Part shown: one piece after another, positions 18,019 to 27,015 of the stretch
Position numbering within the stretch: the first letter of the stretch is position 1
Layout of the letters: every line of letters starts with the position of its first letter
Assembly (NCBI GenBank): GCA_021794015.1
Contig: JAJYRQ010000004.1
Span: forward strand, 72,901-104,900
Reading direction: 5' to 3'
DNA from: Deltaproteobacteria bacterium
Lineage (GTDB): Bacteria; Desulfobacterota; Binatia; Binatales; Binataceae
DNA length: 32,000 bases
Position numbers and translations under genes: made by a program
The notes under the pieces: model-generated
Told to the model about the DNA's origin: nothing
Databases searched by the model: none
What the model saw: only the letters and a program-made list of their open reading frames with translations

Positions 18019-19812
18019 ATGAATCGACCGCAGTTGGCAGGTATCGATTGGATGTCACACGGGACTCCCTGTCCTTTGGCTGTTGCAGCGACCGAATGCC
18101 CGCTTGGCCTCAGCACGCTCGACGCCATTGTGCCGGACATGAGGGACCTGGTCGTGCGCCTGCGCTTTGCGCCGGAAGAGGGCGAGATCCGGCTCGACGC
18201 TGAGCGAGTAGCCATAATGCACCTGTCGACGTTTGCCGCGCTGCGCCGGGAACTTATCGATCGGCTGGGCGTGCCGCAGGCGCGCGGCCTGTTCATGTCG
18301 ATGGGGTATGCCAGCGGGATGCGCGACGCCGGGATGGCGCGTGCCACGCACGCAGGCGACACGGTGCGCAACGCGTTTGTGGTGGGTCTTCAACTGCGAA
18401 GGCTTCAGGGCTTCGCGGCCGCCAAGGTTGAGCGGCTGGAGATCGATGTTGCCGGCGGGTGCTTCGAGGCCGAGTTCGCCGCCTCGGGCTCTTGTGAAGT
18501 CGAGGCCCACCTGACGGTTTACGGCAGTGCCGCGGCTCCGGCGTGCTGGATGCTGGTCGGGTATGCGTCGGGTTATGCCAGCGCGTTTCTGGGTCGTGCC
18601 GTCTTGTTCAAAGAGACCGAGTGCCGAGCGACAGGGGCTGTTGAATGCCGCATCGTGGGCAAGCCGGTGGGTCAATGGAGCGACGAGGAGGACCTGCCTG
18701 CGCTACAGCCGGCGGCAGTTGCCGGCCAGATGCTCGCGCAGCGCTCCTGGCCCGCGTTCGACCCCCGAGCGACCCCTTTGAGCGAGGAGATGGTTGGGCA
18801 GTCGCCCGAATTTGTCGCCGCCTGCCGGCTTTTGCAAAGGGTTGCCGGCACTGAGGCGACGGTACTGCTGCAAGGGGAAACCGGTGTTGGCAAGGAGATG
18901 TTCGCCCGCGCCCTGCACCGCATGAGCAAGCGCGCCCCCGGTCCCTTCGTTGCCGTCAACTGCGCCGCAATTCCGGAAAATCTCATTGAAGCCGAGTTGT
19001 TCGGCGTGGAGAAGGGCGCCTTCACGGGCGCAGCATATTCGCGGCCGGGCCGGTTCGAACGTGCCGACACCGGCACTCTGTTTCTGGACGAGGTGAGCAG
19101 TCTGCCGCTGGCCGCCCAGGCCAAGCTTTTGCGCGCCATCCAGGAGCGCGAGATCGAGCGCGTAGGCGACGTCAAAGCGCGCAAAGTGGACGTGCGGATC
19201 GTGGCCGCAACCAGCGTGAACCTGGCAAACGCAGTCTCAGCCGCGCTGTTCCGCGACGATTTGTATTTTCGGCTAAGTGTGTTCCCCTTGCACATACCAC
19301 CGCTGCGGGCGCGGCGCGAGGATATCCCGCTGCTAGTGCAGCGCTTCGCCGGCCGCTATGCCCGGCTCTACGGGCGCGAGATCGGCGGCCTCACGGCGGG
19401 CGCGCTCGAACGGCTGCTGAACTACGACTATCCGGGGAATATTCGGGAGTTGCAGAACATGGTCGAACGGGCGGTCATCCTTTGCGACAACGGTCGCCCA
19501 CTCGACGTTCAACATTTTCCCCCGTGCGCAGACCAACTGCGGGCGCCGGCAACGGCTGGCTCGGTGGGTGCTGCAGCGCTCGCCTCCCGCGCCAGCACCG
19601 AGGTGCCGGGCGATTGGTCCCCGCTGGTCGAACGCTTTTTCAGCCGCCGCCTGACTTTTCGCGAATTCGAGGAGGCGCTGCTCGCGGAGGCGCTACAGCG
19701 GAGCAATGGTAATCTCTCGGCAGCCGCGCGAATGCTCGGCTTGACCCGCCCGCAGGTTGCTTACCGATTCAAGAAGCGCCAGCGCAGGTCGCTCGAATCG
19801 AGCTGCCGCTGA
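18019..19812 (+). CDS. sigma-54-dependent transcriptional activator, XylR/DmpR/PoxR-like (XylR_N + V4R + AAA+ + Fis HTH)
   Basis: GETGVGKEMFARALH (Walker A), GAFTGA, GTLFLDEVSSL (Walker B), V4R-like ...FKETECRATGAVECRIVG with paired Cys, C-terminal SNGNLSAAARMLGLTRPQVAYRFKK. ATG at 18019 is preceded by ggaggg and is preferred over the TTG at 17917. Confidence 0.94.
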   Translation: MNRPQLAGIDWMSHGTPCPLAVAATECPLGLSTLDAIVPDMRDLVVRLRFAPEEGEIRLDAERVAIMHLSTFAALRRELIDRLGVPQARGLFMSMGYASGMRDAGMARATHAGDTVRNAFVVGLQLRRLQGFAAAKVERLEIDVAGGCFEAEFAASGSCEVEAHLTVYGSAAAPACWMLVGYASGYASAFLGRAVLFKETECRATGAVECRIVGKPVGQWSDEEDLPALQPAAVAGQMLAQRSWPAFDPRATPLSEEMVGQSPEFVAACRLLQRVAGTEATVLLQGETGVGKEMFARALHRMSKRAPGPFVAVNCAAIPENLIEAELFGVEKGAFTGAAYSRPGRFERADTGTLFLDEVSSLPLAAQAKLLRAIQEREIERVGDVKARKVDVRIVAATSVNLANAVSAALFRDDLYFRLSVFPLHIPPLRARREDIPLLVQRFAGRYARLYGREIGGLTAGALERLLNYDYPGNIRELQNMVERAVILCDNGRPLDVQHFPPCADQLRAPATAGSVGAAALASRASTEVPGDWSPLVERFFSRRLTFREFEEALLAEALQRSNGNLSAAARMLGLTRPQVAYRFKKRQRRSLESSCR

Positions 19813-20130
19813 TCCACACCTGGTGGCTGCGTGCAGGGGTCGAGACGCCCTGTCGCGATGTCGGCGCCGCCGGCCGACTACCGAGCGAAGGCCGGGGACT
19901 GAGCCGCTCAGTCTGGCCAGGTCAGGGCGAGTTTTGACTTAGGCCGACGCAGGCCGCGGCCCCTGGAAACCTTGTCGGCAAAATCAGCGGCCCTCCCGTC
20001 CCCGCCGCCTTGGGCCTCGCCGGCTATCCGCTACGGCGACCCGTCCGCCGCTGCGGCCAGGACCGGCTAGCAGCCCAGCAGGGAGGGGTAACGAGCCCTT
20101 CTAATGTCGGGGCTTGCCAAAATAAGGTAC

Positions 20131-20158
20131 TTTACAAAGGTCGCTCCGGGGCTATACT
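20131..20158 (+). promoter_or_regulatory. candidate sigma-70 promoter for the sdh/frd operon
   Basis: TTTACA (20131-20136), 16-nt spacer, TATACT (20153-20158); each element one mismatch from consensus; 52 nt upstream of the GTG start. Confidence 0.55.
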
Positions 20159-20210
20159 TGGGGCGGCATCCCGGGGGTGCGCCAAGTCTAGTCGAGAGGA
20201 GTGTGCAGGA

Positions 20211-21026
20211 GTGTCCGCAGCGGCTATCTCTCGTTCGCAGGTTGGAGTTGATGGGGTTCGGCTGGGGTTGACCCGGCGGCGCGACCCGTGGTGGGTGCAG
20301 CCGGGGGCGGTTTTTGTCGGGCTTGCGGCTTTCGTTGTGTATGTGACGTGGGCGGGATTGCAGGGGCGCTACTATCGTTTCGGTCCTTATCTCTCGCCCT
20401 TTTACTCGCCTGAATTGTGGGGATCGCCGGAGGCCTGGTTCGGTGCGGCGCCGCCGTGGTGGTACCCGCAGTGGCTTAGGTTTTCGCCCGCGGTCTTCAT
20501 TCTATGGATTCCCGCCGGGTTCCGGCTGACCTGCTACTACAATCGCGGTGCTTACTATAAGGCGTTTTGGGCGGATCCACCAAACTGCGCGGTCGGCGAG
20601 CCGCGCAAAAGCTACTGGGGCGAGAACTACTTCCCCCTCTTGCTGCAAAACATTCACCGCTACTTCATGTACCTGGCGGTTCTGCTCGTGCTCGTGCTGC
20701 TCGATGACGTATGGCATGCGCTATGGTTCACGAACGCCGCCGGTCACCTGCGCTTCGGGATCGGGGTGGGGACGCTGGTGATCACCCTCGATGTTGCTTT
20801 GGTGGCCGCTTACACCTTCGGCTGCCATTCGCTGCGCCATGTCTGCGGCGGTCGGCTTGACTGCCTGGCGGGGCGTCCGGTGCGGGCCGCGCTCTATGAT
20901 TGCACCAGCGGGTTGAACCGTAGGCATATGGCTTGGTTCTGGGTCAGTTTAGCCTGGGTGGGGTTTAGCGACCTTTACGTGCGGCTGTGTGCCATGGGTG
21001 TTTGGACCGACTGGAGAATTCTCTGA
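20211..21026 (+). CDS. succinate dehydrogenase/fumarate reductase membrane anchor subunit (large single-subunit type)
   Basis: GTG start at 20211 (VSAAAISRSQVGVDGVR...), about 271 aa, several transmembrane segments, conserved-looking histidines (NIHRYFMY, VWHALWF, GCHSLRH), 1-nt overlap with the flavoprotein gene. Confidence 0.8.
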   Translation: MSAAAISRSQVGVDGVRLGLTRRRDPWWVQPGAVFVGLAAFVVYVTWAGLQGRYYRFGPYLSPFYSPELWGSPEAWFGAAPPWWYPQWLRFSPAVFILWIPAGFRLTCYYNRGAYYKAFWADPPNCAVGEPRKSYWGENYFPLLLQNIHRYFMYLAVLLVLVLLDDVWHALWFTNAAGHLRFGIGVGTLVITLDVALVAAYTFGCHSLRHVCGGRLDCLAGRPVRAALYDCTSGLNRRHMAWFWVSLAWVGFSDLYVRLCAMGVWTDWRIL

Positions 21027-22843
21027 TGCTGGCCTACGAGGCGATCCGGCACGATGTTCTGGTGATCGGCGCGGGCGGCGCGGGCCTGCGGGCGGCGATC
21101 GAGGCCTCGGCCGAAGGCGCCTCCGTCGGCGTGGTATGCAAGTCGCTGCTCGGCAAGGCGCACACCGTCATGGCCGAGGGCGGTATCGCCGCGGCGATGG
21201 CCAACGTGGATGAGCGCGACAACTGGAGGGTCCACTTTTCCGACACGATGCGCGGCGGCCAGTACGTCAACAACTGGCGGATGGCCGAGCTTCATGCCAA
21301 AGAAGCTCCGGAGCGGATTCGTGAACTGGAGGCCTGGGGCGCGCTCTTCGACCGCACCGGCGACGGCCGCATCCTGCAGCGCCACTTCGGCGGCCACCGC
21401 TACGCCCGCCTGGTTCACGTCGGCGACCGCACCGGTCTCGAGATGATCCGCACGCTACAAGACCACGGCATCCACCGCGGTATCGAGTTCTACATGGAAT
21501 TTACGGTTTGCGCGCTCTTGACCGAAGGCAACCGGGTGGTGGGCGCGGTGGCCTACAGCCGCGAAAAGGGGACCTTTTTCGTCTTCCAGGCCAAGGCCGT
21601 GGTTTTGGCCACCGGGGGTATCGGACGTTCCTACAGGATTACCAGCAATAGCTGGGAGTGTACCGGTGACGGGTTGGCGCTGGCCTACCGCGCCGGCGCC
21701 GAGCTGGCCGACATGGAGTTTGTGCAGTTTCATCCCACCGGGATGGTCTGGCCGCCGAGCGTTGCCGGTCTTTTGGTGACCGAAAGCGTGCGCGGTGAGG
21801 GCGGCGTTCTGCGCAACAACCAGGGGCGGCGCTTCATGTTCGACGACATTCCCGAGGCTTACCGCGCCCAGACCGCCGACAACGAGGAAGAGGGGTGGCG
21901 CTACACCCAGGGCGACAGGAACGCCCGGCGGCCGCCCGAGTTGGTGACCCGCGACCACGTCGCCCGCTGCATCGTGCGCGAAATCAAGGAAGGCCGCGGC
22001 AGCCCGCACGGCGGTGTGTTTCTCGATATCGCGTGGATCCGGGAGAAAATCCCCAACTCCGCGGAACATATCAAGCGCAAGCTGCCTAGCATGTACGACC
22101 AGTTCCTCAAGCTGGCCGGGATCGACATCACCAAGGTCCCGATGGAGGTCGGCCCCACCACCCACTACATGATGGGCGGCATCCGGGTGGACGGCGATTC
22201 CCAGGTGTCCTCGGTCGAGGGGCTGTTCGCGGCCGGTGAATGCGCTGCCGGGCTGCACGGCGCAAATCGTCTGGGCGGCAACTCTCTCTCCGACCTGCTG
22301 GTCTTCGGCCGGCGCGCCGGACTGTACGCGGCCCAGTTCGCCCGTCAGGCTCAGTGGGTCGAGGCCGACCAGAACCAGGTGCACGCTGTCATCGCGCATG
22401 CTGTCGAGCCGTTCGAGCGCGCCGCGGCGCACCCGGCCGACTCGCCTTACCGCATCCTGGAGGAGCTCCGGGAACTGATGCAGAACCTGGTCGGCATCGT
22501 GCGCACGGGCGAGGAAATGACCCAGGCGCTCGACGGCCTGGCCAAGTTCAAGGAGCGCGCCCTGCGGGTGGGCGTTGTGGGCAATCGCTTCTACAACCCC
22601 GGCTGGCACACGTCACTCGACCTGGACAATCAGCTCATCGTTTCCGAGGCGGTCTGCCGGGCCGCGCTCACCCGCTCGGAAAGCCGCGGCGCGCACTATC
22701 GGCTCGACTACCCGAACAAGGACGTGCGTTGGGGACATATCAACCTGGTCGTACGCCGGGCAGACGATGGCATGGCGGTCGTCGAGCGGCCGCTGCCGGA
22801 GATGCCGCAGGAACTCAAGGCCATTATCGAGGAGATGAAGTGA
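21026..22843 (+). CDS. sdhA: succinate dehydrogenase/fumarate reductase flavoprotein subunit
   Basis: HDVLVIGAGGAGLRAAIEAS (FAD), KSLLGKAHTVMAEGGIAAAM, ATGGIGRSYRITSNSWECTGDGLALAYRAGAELADMEFVQFHPTG, GANRLGGNSLSDLLVFGRRAG. Start at ATG 21026. Confidence 0.96.
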   Translation: MLAYEAIRHDVLVIGAGGAGLRAAIEASAEGASVGVVCKSLLGKAHTVMAEGGIAAAMANVDERDNWRVHFSDTMRGGQYVNNWRMAELHAKEAPERIRELEAWGALFDRTGDGRILQRHFGGHRYARLVHVGDRTGLEMIRTLQDHGIHRGIEFYMEFTVCALLTEGNRVVGAVAYSREKGTFFVFQAKAVVLATGGIGRSYRITSNSWECTGDGLALAYRAGAELADMEFVQFHPTGMVWPPSVAGLLVTESVRGEGGVLRNNQGRRFMFDDIPEAYRAQTADNEEEGWRYTQGDRNARRPPELVTRDHVARCIVREIKEGRGSPHGGVFLDIAWIREKIPNSAEHIKRKLPSMYDQFLKLAGIDITKVPMEVGPTTHYMMGGIRVDGDSQVSSVEGLFAAGECAAGLHGANRLGGNSLSDLLVFGRRAGLYAAQFARQAQWVEADQNQVHAVIAHAVEPFERAAAHPADSPYRILEELRELMQNLVGIVRTGEEMTQALDGLAKFKERALRVGVVGNRFYNPGWHTSLDLDNQLIVSEAVCRAALTRSESRGAHYRLDYPNKDVRWGHINLVVRRADDGMAVVERPLPEMPQELKAIIEEMK

Positions 22844-23592
22844 TTCCCAGCACCGCAACGTTTCTTATCTGGCGGGGGGACGCGCAAGGCGGCGCGTTCC
22901 AGGAGTACCGGATCGGGATTTCCGAGGGCATGGTAGTGCTGGATGCCGTCCACCGTATCCAGGCCGAGCAGGATAACACGCTGGCGGTACGCTGGAACTG
23001 CAAGGCTGGCAAGTGCGGCTCCTGCGCCGCCGAAGTCAACGGCCGGCCCAGGCTGATGTGCATGACGCGCCTCGGTGACTTGGCGCTCGACCGGCCGGTG
23101 ACGCTCGAGCCGATGCGCACCTTCCCGCTTTTGCGGGACCTGGTGACCGATGTCTCGTGGAACTTCAGGACCAAGCTGGCGATTCAGCCCTTGCGCACGC
23201 GGCCGGCCGACGCGCCCGACGGCACTTGGCGCATGATGCAGCGCGACGTGGACCGGCCCCAGGAGTTCCGCAAATGCATCGAGTGCTTTCTCTGCCAGGA
23301 CGTATGCCACGTACTGCGCGACCACCGGCTGTTCGACCGTTACATCGGGCCGCGTCTGCTGGTCTACACGGCGCAGCTCGAAATGAACCCCATCGACGCG
23401 GCCGACCGGCTGGGCGACCTCAAAGACCTTCACGGAATCGGCTACTGCAACATCACCAAGTGCTGCACGACGGTCTGCCCCGAGGAGATCAAGATCACCG
23501 ACAACGCGATAATCCCGCTCAAAGAGCGGCTGGTTGACGCTTTCTACGATCCGCTAACCCGTCTGGCGCGCGCGCTCGGGCTGCGCGGCTAG
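22840..23592 (+). CDS. sdhB: succinate dehydrogenase/fumarate reductase iron-sulfur subunit
   Basis: GTG start overlapping the sdhA stop (GTGA); WNCKAGKCGSCAAEVNGRPRLMC ([2Fe-2S]), CIECFLCQDVCHV and NITKCCTTVCPEEIKIT (further Fe-S ligands). The longer ORF from 22240 is an upstream artefact. Confidence 0.95.
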   Translation: MIPSTATFLIWRGDAQGGAFQEYRIGISEGMVVLDAVHRIQAEQDNTLAVRWNCKAGKCGSCAAEVNGRPRLMCMTRLGDLALDRPVTLEPMRTFPLLRDLVTDVSWNFRTKLAIQPLRTRPADAPDGTWRMMQRDVDRPQEFRKCIECFLCQDVCHVLRDHRLFDRYIGPRLLVYTAQLEMNPIDAADRLGDLKDLHGIGYCNITKCCTTVCPEEIKITDNAIIPLKERLVDAFYDPLTRLARALGLRG

Positions 23593-23912
23593 GCGCGCCT
23601 CGAAAGGCCACCAGGTCTGGGTTGCCCCGGGCGCCGGCTGATGCCGCGCCTTTACGGGCGCCGTGTGGGGCTGCGTGGGGAGGACTGCTCTTGTCTTCGG
23701 CCGGGAAACTTTGGCTCGCGCTTAGGGAGTCTTTCCTGGAAAAATCGAGAGTTGGCGCGGCTGTAGCGCTGAAGCCGGTTTGCTAAAAAAGGCGCACCGC
23801 GCGATTTCCGGTCGGAGCGTATAACCCCCGCTCTTTTGCGCGGCGAGCCGGGAAGTTCGCGGCTTGGCTGAGCGGCGCGCCGTCACCGGCCGGAACGAGG
23901 GCGCGGTTCGCA

Positions 23913-26300
23913 ATGCGCCTTCGGCTTGAATTGGCTGTCGTATTGGTCTTTCTGGCGGCCGCCGCGCTGGCGCGCGCCGCGCAGGCGGGCGCCGATCTTT
24001 GGCTCAGCGGAGTTCTCAAGGATGCCTTGGGCAGGCCGATTGCAGGCGCGAAACTGACCGTCCAAAATCGCGCCGGAAGGGTGGTCGCTCGGCTCGTCAG
24101 CGACGCCAAAGGCGAGTTCGCGGTGCGTGGGCTTAAGCCGGGGCGCTACGCAATCGTCGCGCGCCGGCTGGGGTTCAAACCTGCAACCGCGCTGGCGACG
24201 GTTGCACCTTCCGGCGCGCCTGCCCGCGTGGTTCTGTCCCTGGAGTCCGAGCAGGCGCTCCAGGTCCCGGTTCGCGCAAGTCGGCTGGCGCGCGCGCCCA
24301 ACCAGCTCTCCAGCGCCGGCAACAGCGCTTACACCTTTACCAGCCAGGAGATCGAACAGCTTCCCCAGGGCCAGGACACTTCGCTGGAGGGGCTGCTTAC
24401 CCAGATGCCCGGGGTGAGCCAGAGCGTCGACGGGCGGATTCATATTCGCGGCGCGCAGGCCAACTTTCAGTACCAGATCGACGGGATCATACTGCCGTTC
24501 GACTCGAACACCGGCTTCGGCCAGTTTCTAAGTCCGCGCTTTTTCGACCGCGTGAGTCTGCTCACCGGCACGCTGCCCGCCGAGTACGGACTTCGCACCT
24601 CGGGCGTGGTGGACATCAGGAGCAAGCAGGGCTGCAGCCGGGAGGGCGGAAACTTCGAGATGTACGGCGGCCAGCGCGAGACGGCGATGCCCAACTTCGA
24701 GTACGGCGGATGCCGGGGCAACTTCAGCTACTACCTAACCGGCTCGTTCCTGCACGACGACCTGGCCTTCAGCCAGGCCACGCCGGGGCCAAACCCGATT
24801 CACGACCGGACCACCCAGGGCGACCTGTTCGGCTACGCCTCCTACAACCTGAGCCCGGCGGCGCGCCTGACTTTGATCGCCGGCGCCTGGGCGGACGAAT
24901 CGCAATTTCCCGACTGGCCGGGCCAGACGCCGGCCTATCAGCTTGCGGGAGCGAATCCGGCCAACTATCCCTCGCAGGCGATTAACAACACCCTGTTTCA
25001 GCAGGACTACTTTGCAGCGCTGGGCTTTCAGCAGGCGCTTAGCCGGGACCTGAGCTACGACTTGGCCGGCACGGTCCATTACGTAACCCTTTCATTCCGG
25101 CCCGACCCGGCGCCCGACCTTCTGTACCAGGGCGTTTCCTCGCGCGTGTTCCACAGCGACCTTGCGGGGACGCTCCAGGGAGACGTCAGCTACCAGTTGA
25201 ACGAGGCGCACAGTCTACGCGCCGGCTTTTACGCCGGAGCCTATGCCGTCGAGCTAGACGATAGTTCCCTGGTTTTCCCGGTAAACTCGGCCGGCCAGCC
25301 AGGCAACGTTCCGGTGAGCGTGCTCGATGATCTGAACCGGCTCAACTGGCTGTTCAGCGTCTATGCCGAAGACCGCTACCGGTTGACTGACCGGCTGACC
25401 GTTGACTATGGCCTGCGCTGGGACGAGATGGTGTCGTTTGCCGACGCTGGCCAGTTAAGTCCGCGATTCAACCTGCTCTACCAGTTGTCGGCCGCGACGG
25501 CGCTACATGCCGGCTATTCGCGTTTCTTGGCCACGCCCCAGTTCGAGGCGATCACCACCCGCAGCGCCCAGGCGTTTGCCGGTACCACCCAGGCGGTCAC
25601 GGTGCCGACCGATTTCAGCGTATTGGCGGAGCGCGACAACTACTTCGACGCCGGGCTGGTCCATCGGCCGACCCGCTGGCTCACCCTGGAAGAGGACAGC
25701 TACCTGGTGCTGGCGCGCGATGCGCTGGGCGGCGGCCAGTTCGGAGCGGTGCCGATAATCTCGCCTTACAATTACCGTTACGGCCGCACCTGGGGCGCCG
25801 AGACCAGCGCTGCGGCGAGGTTCGGCCGCTTCTGGGCGGACCTGAATTTCAGTTACTCGATCGCCCAGGCGCGCGACCTTATCACCCAGCAATACAACTT
25901 TGCTCCGCTCTCCCAGCTCTCTTACGTTGCCGGCCATTACATCATGCGCAGCCAGGGACAGATTTACACCGTCTCGGGGCAGGTGGGTTATCGCTTCGGC
26001 CGCTATCTTTTGACGGCCGACACGTTTTTCGGCAGCGGTCTTTGGGGCGGCTTTGCCAACACGTTTGAATTCGCCCCGACCTGGCAGGTTGACGTGGCCG
26101 TAGCGCGCAGCTTTGAGCTGCCCGGGGTGGGAGAAGCCACGGCGCGGCTGATGGCGGTCAACGTCTTCGATCGGGTTAATCTGCTCCAGAACGGGACTGG
26201 GCTGGGCGTTTTTGCTCCGGCCTACCTGCCGCGGCGCTCGCTTTACGGAGCGCTGCGCGTGCCGCTGCTGGCCGGTTCCTCTTCCTCCGCAACGCCGTGA
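23913..26300 (+). CDS. TonB-dependent receptor-like outer-membrane protein with N-terminal carboxypeptidase-regulatory-like domain
   Basis: 795 aa; signal-like N-terminus; LSGVLKDALGRPIAGAKLTVQNRAGRVVARLVSDAKGEFAVRGLKPGRYAIVARR; plug-like SLEGLLTQMPGVSQSVDGRIHIRGAQANFQYQIDGIILP; long beta-barrel-like repeats. Confidence 0.88.
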   Translation: MRLRLELAVVLVFLAAAALARAAQAGADLWLSGVLKDALGRPIAGAKLTVQNRAGRVVARLVSDAKGEFAVRGLKPGRYAIVARRLGFKPATALATVAPSGAPARVVLSLESEQALQVPVRASRLARAPNQLSSAGNSAYTFTSQEIEQLPQGQDTSLEGLLTQMPGVSQSVDGRIHIRGAQANFQYQIDGIILPFDSNTGFGQFLSPRFFDRVSLLTGTLPAEYGLRTSGVVDIRSKQGCSREGGNFEMYGGQRETAMPNFEYGGCRGNFSYYLTGSFLHDDLAFSQATPGPNPIHDRTTQGDLFGYASYNLSPAARLTLIAGAWADESQFPDWPGQTPAYQLAGANPANYPSQAINNTLFQQDYFAALGFQQALSRDLSYDLAGTVHYVTLSFRPDPAPDLLYQGVSSRVFHSDLAGTLQGDVSYQLNEAHSLRAGFYAGAYAVELDDSSLVFPVNSAGQPGNVPVSVLDDLNRLNWLFSVYAEDRYRLTDRLTVDYGLRWDEMVSFADAGQLSPRFNLLYQLSAATALHAGYSRFLATPQFEAITTRSAQAFAGTTQAVTVPTDFSVLAERDNYFDAGLVHRPTRWLTLEEDSYLVLARDALGGGQFGAVPIISPYNYRYGRTWGAETSAAARFGRFWADLNFSYSIAQARDLITQQYNFAPLSQLSYVAGHYIMRSQGQIYTVSGQVGYRFGRYLLTADTFFGSGLWGGFANTFEFAPTWQVDVAVARSFELPGVGEATARLMAVNVFDRVNLLQNGTGLGVFAPAYLPRRSLYGALRVPLLAGSSSSATP

Positions 26301-26391
26301 GGCGAACCGGGCCGCCGGCCGCTTAGGCCGGCGTGGACGGCGAGCCGAGCGCAACTGCCAATAGCGCGCGCCTGGCGCAGCAGCGCAGCCG

Positions 26392-27015
26392 TCAGGCGCG
26401 GGGCCGGTTCACAGCGCCAACCACGTAGGGCATGCTGCGCACGGCGTACTGGGCAACCGACGCCAGCGCGAGCGCTGCCGTCGCGCACAGAAGCGCGTTC
26501 CATTGCAGGGGAGGCAAGCCATAGTGCCCGGCCAACACGCCAACTCCGCACACAAAGGCGGCCAAGGTGTAGCCCTTGCCGAGGTAGGTCGGCTTGACCG
26601 GTATCTCCCGCAAAGCGAAAAGACGCGCCGCTCCAAACCCGGCCATCAGCACCAGCTCTCGTGCCACCAGCGCCCCGACAAACCAAGTCGGCAGAAGACG
26701 CGCAAAAACCAGCGCCAGCGCCCCGCTCAAGGCAAAGACCTTGTCGGCCGTCGGGTCCAGCAGCGCCCCGGTCGTGCTGACGCAGCCAAGCCTGCGCGCC
26801 GCCAGGCCGTCGAGCAGGTCCGTCGCCCCTGCCAGACAGAGCACAAAAAGGGCCGGCTCAAGCCTGCCTCGTACGACCAGCAGCACAAAGAGCGGCGCCG
26901 ATAAAAGCCGCGCCAGGCTAAGACAGTTGGGCGCTTGGCGGATAAGCTCCCCGCCGGAACGCACAGCGCAGGCCTGCGAAGCCATCTCGGCCGATCTGTC
27001 GAACCCCTTGCTCAT
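26392..27015 (-). CDS. CDP-alcohol phosphatidyltransferase family protein
   Basis: DLLDGLAARRLGCVSTTGALLDPTAD exactly fits D-x2-D-G-x2-A-R-x8-G-x3-D-x3-D; hydrophobic segments; start at Met6 of the ORF gives a 4-nt overlap with hflX. Confidence 0.88.
   Translation of the reverse strand: MSKGFDRSAEMASQACAVRSGGELIRQAPNCLSLARLLSAPLFVLLVVRGRLEPALFVLCLAGATDLLDGLAARRLGCVSTTGALLDPTADKVFALSGALALVFARLLPTWFVGALVARELVLMAGFGAARLFALREIPVKPTYLGKGYTLAAFVCGVGVLAGHYGLPPLQWNALLCATAALALASVAQYAVRSMPYVVGAVNRPRA

Noticed and set aside
22240-22839. Upstream 200-codon extension of the sdhB reading frame
   Set aside because: It overlaps sdhA, which is clearly coding there; homology-like sequence begins at the GTG at 22840 overlapping the sdhA stop.
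23751-23775. Possible second sigma-54 motif upstream of the TonB-dependent receptor (TTGGCGCGGCTGTAGCG)
   Set aside because: Only the GG-N10-GC spacing fits; the -12 block (TAGC) is poor, and such matches are frequent in high-GC DNA.
26243-26686. 147-aa minus-strand ORF overlapping the end of the TonB-dependent receptor and the phosphatidyltransferase
   Set aside because: Different frame from the gene with the full CDP-alcohol phosphotransferase motif; no motifs of its own.
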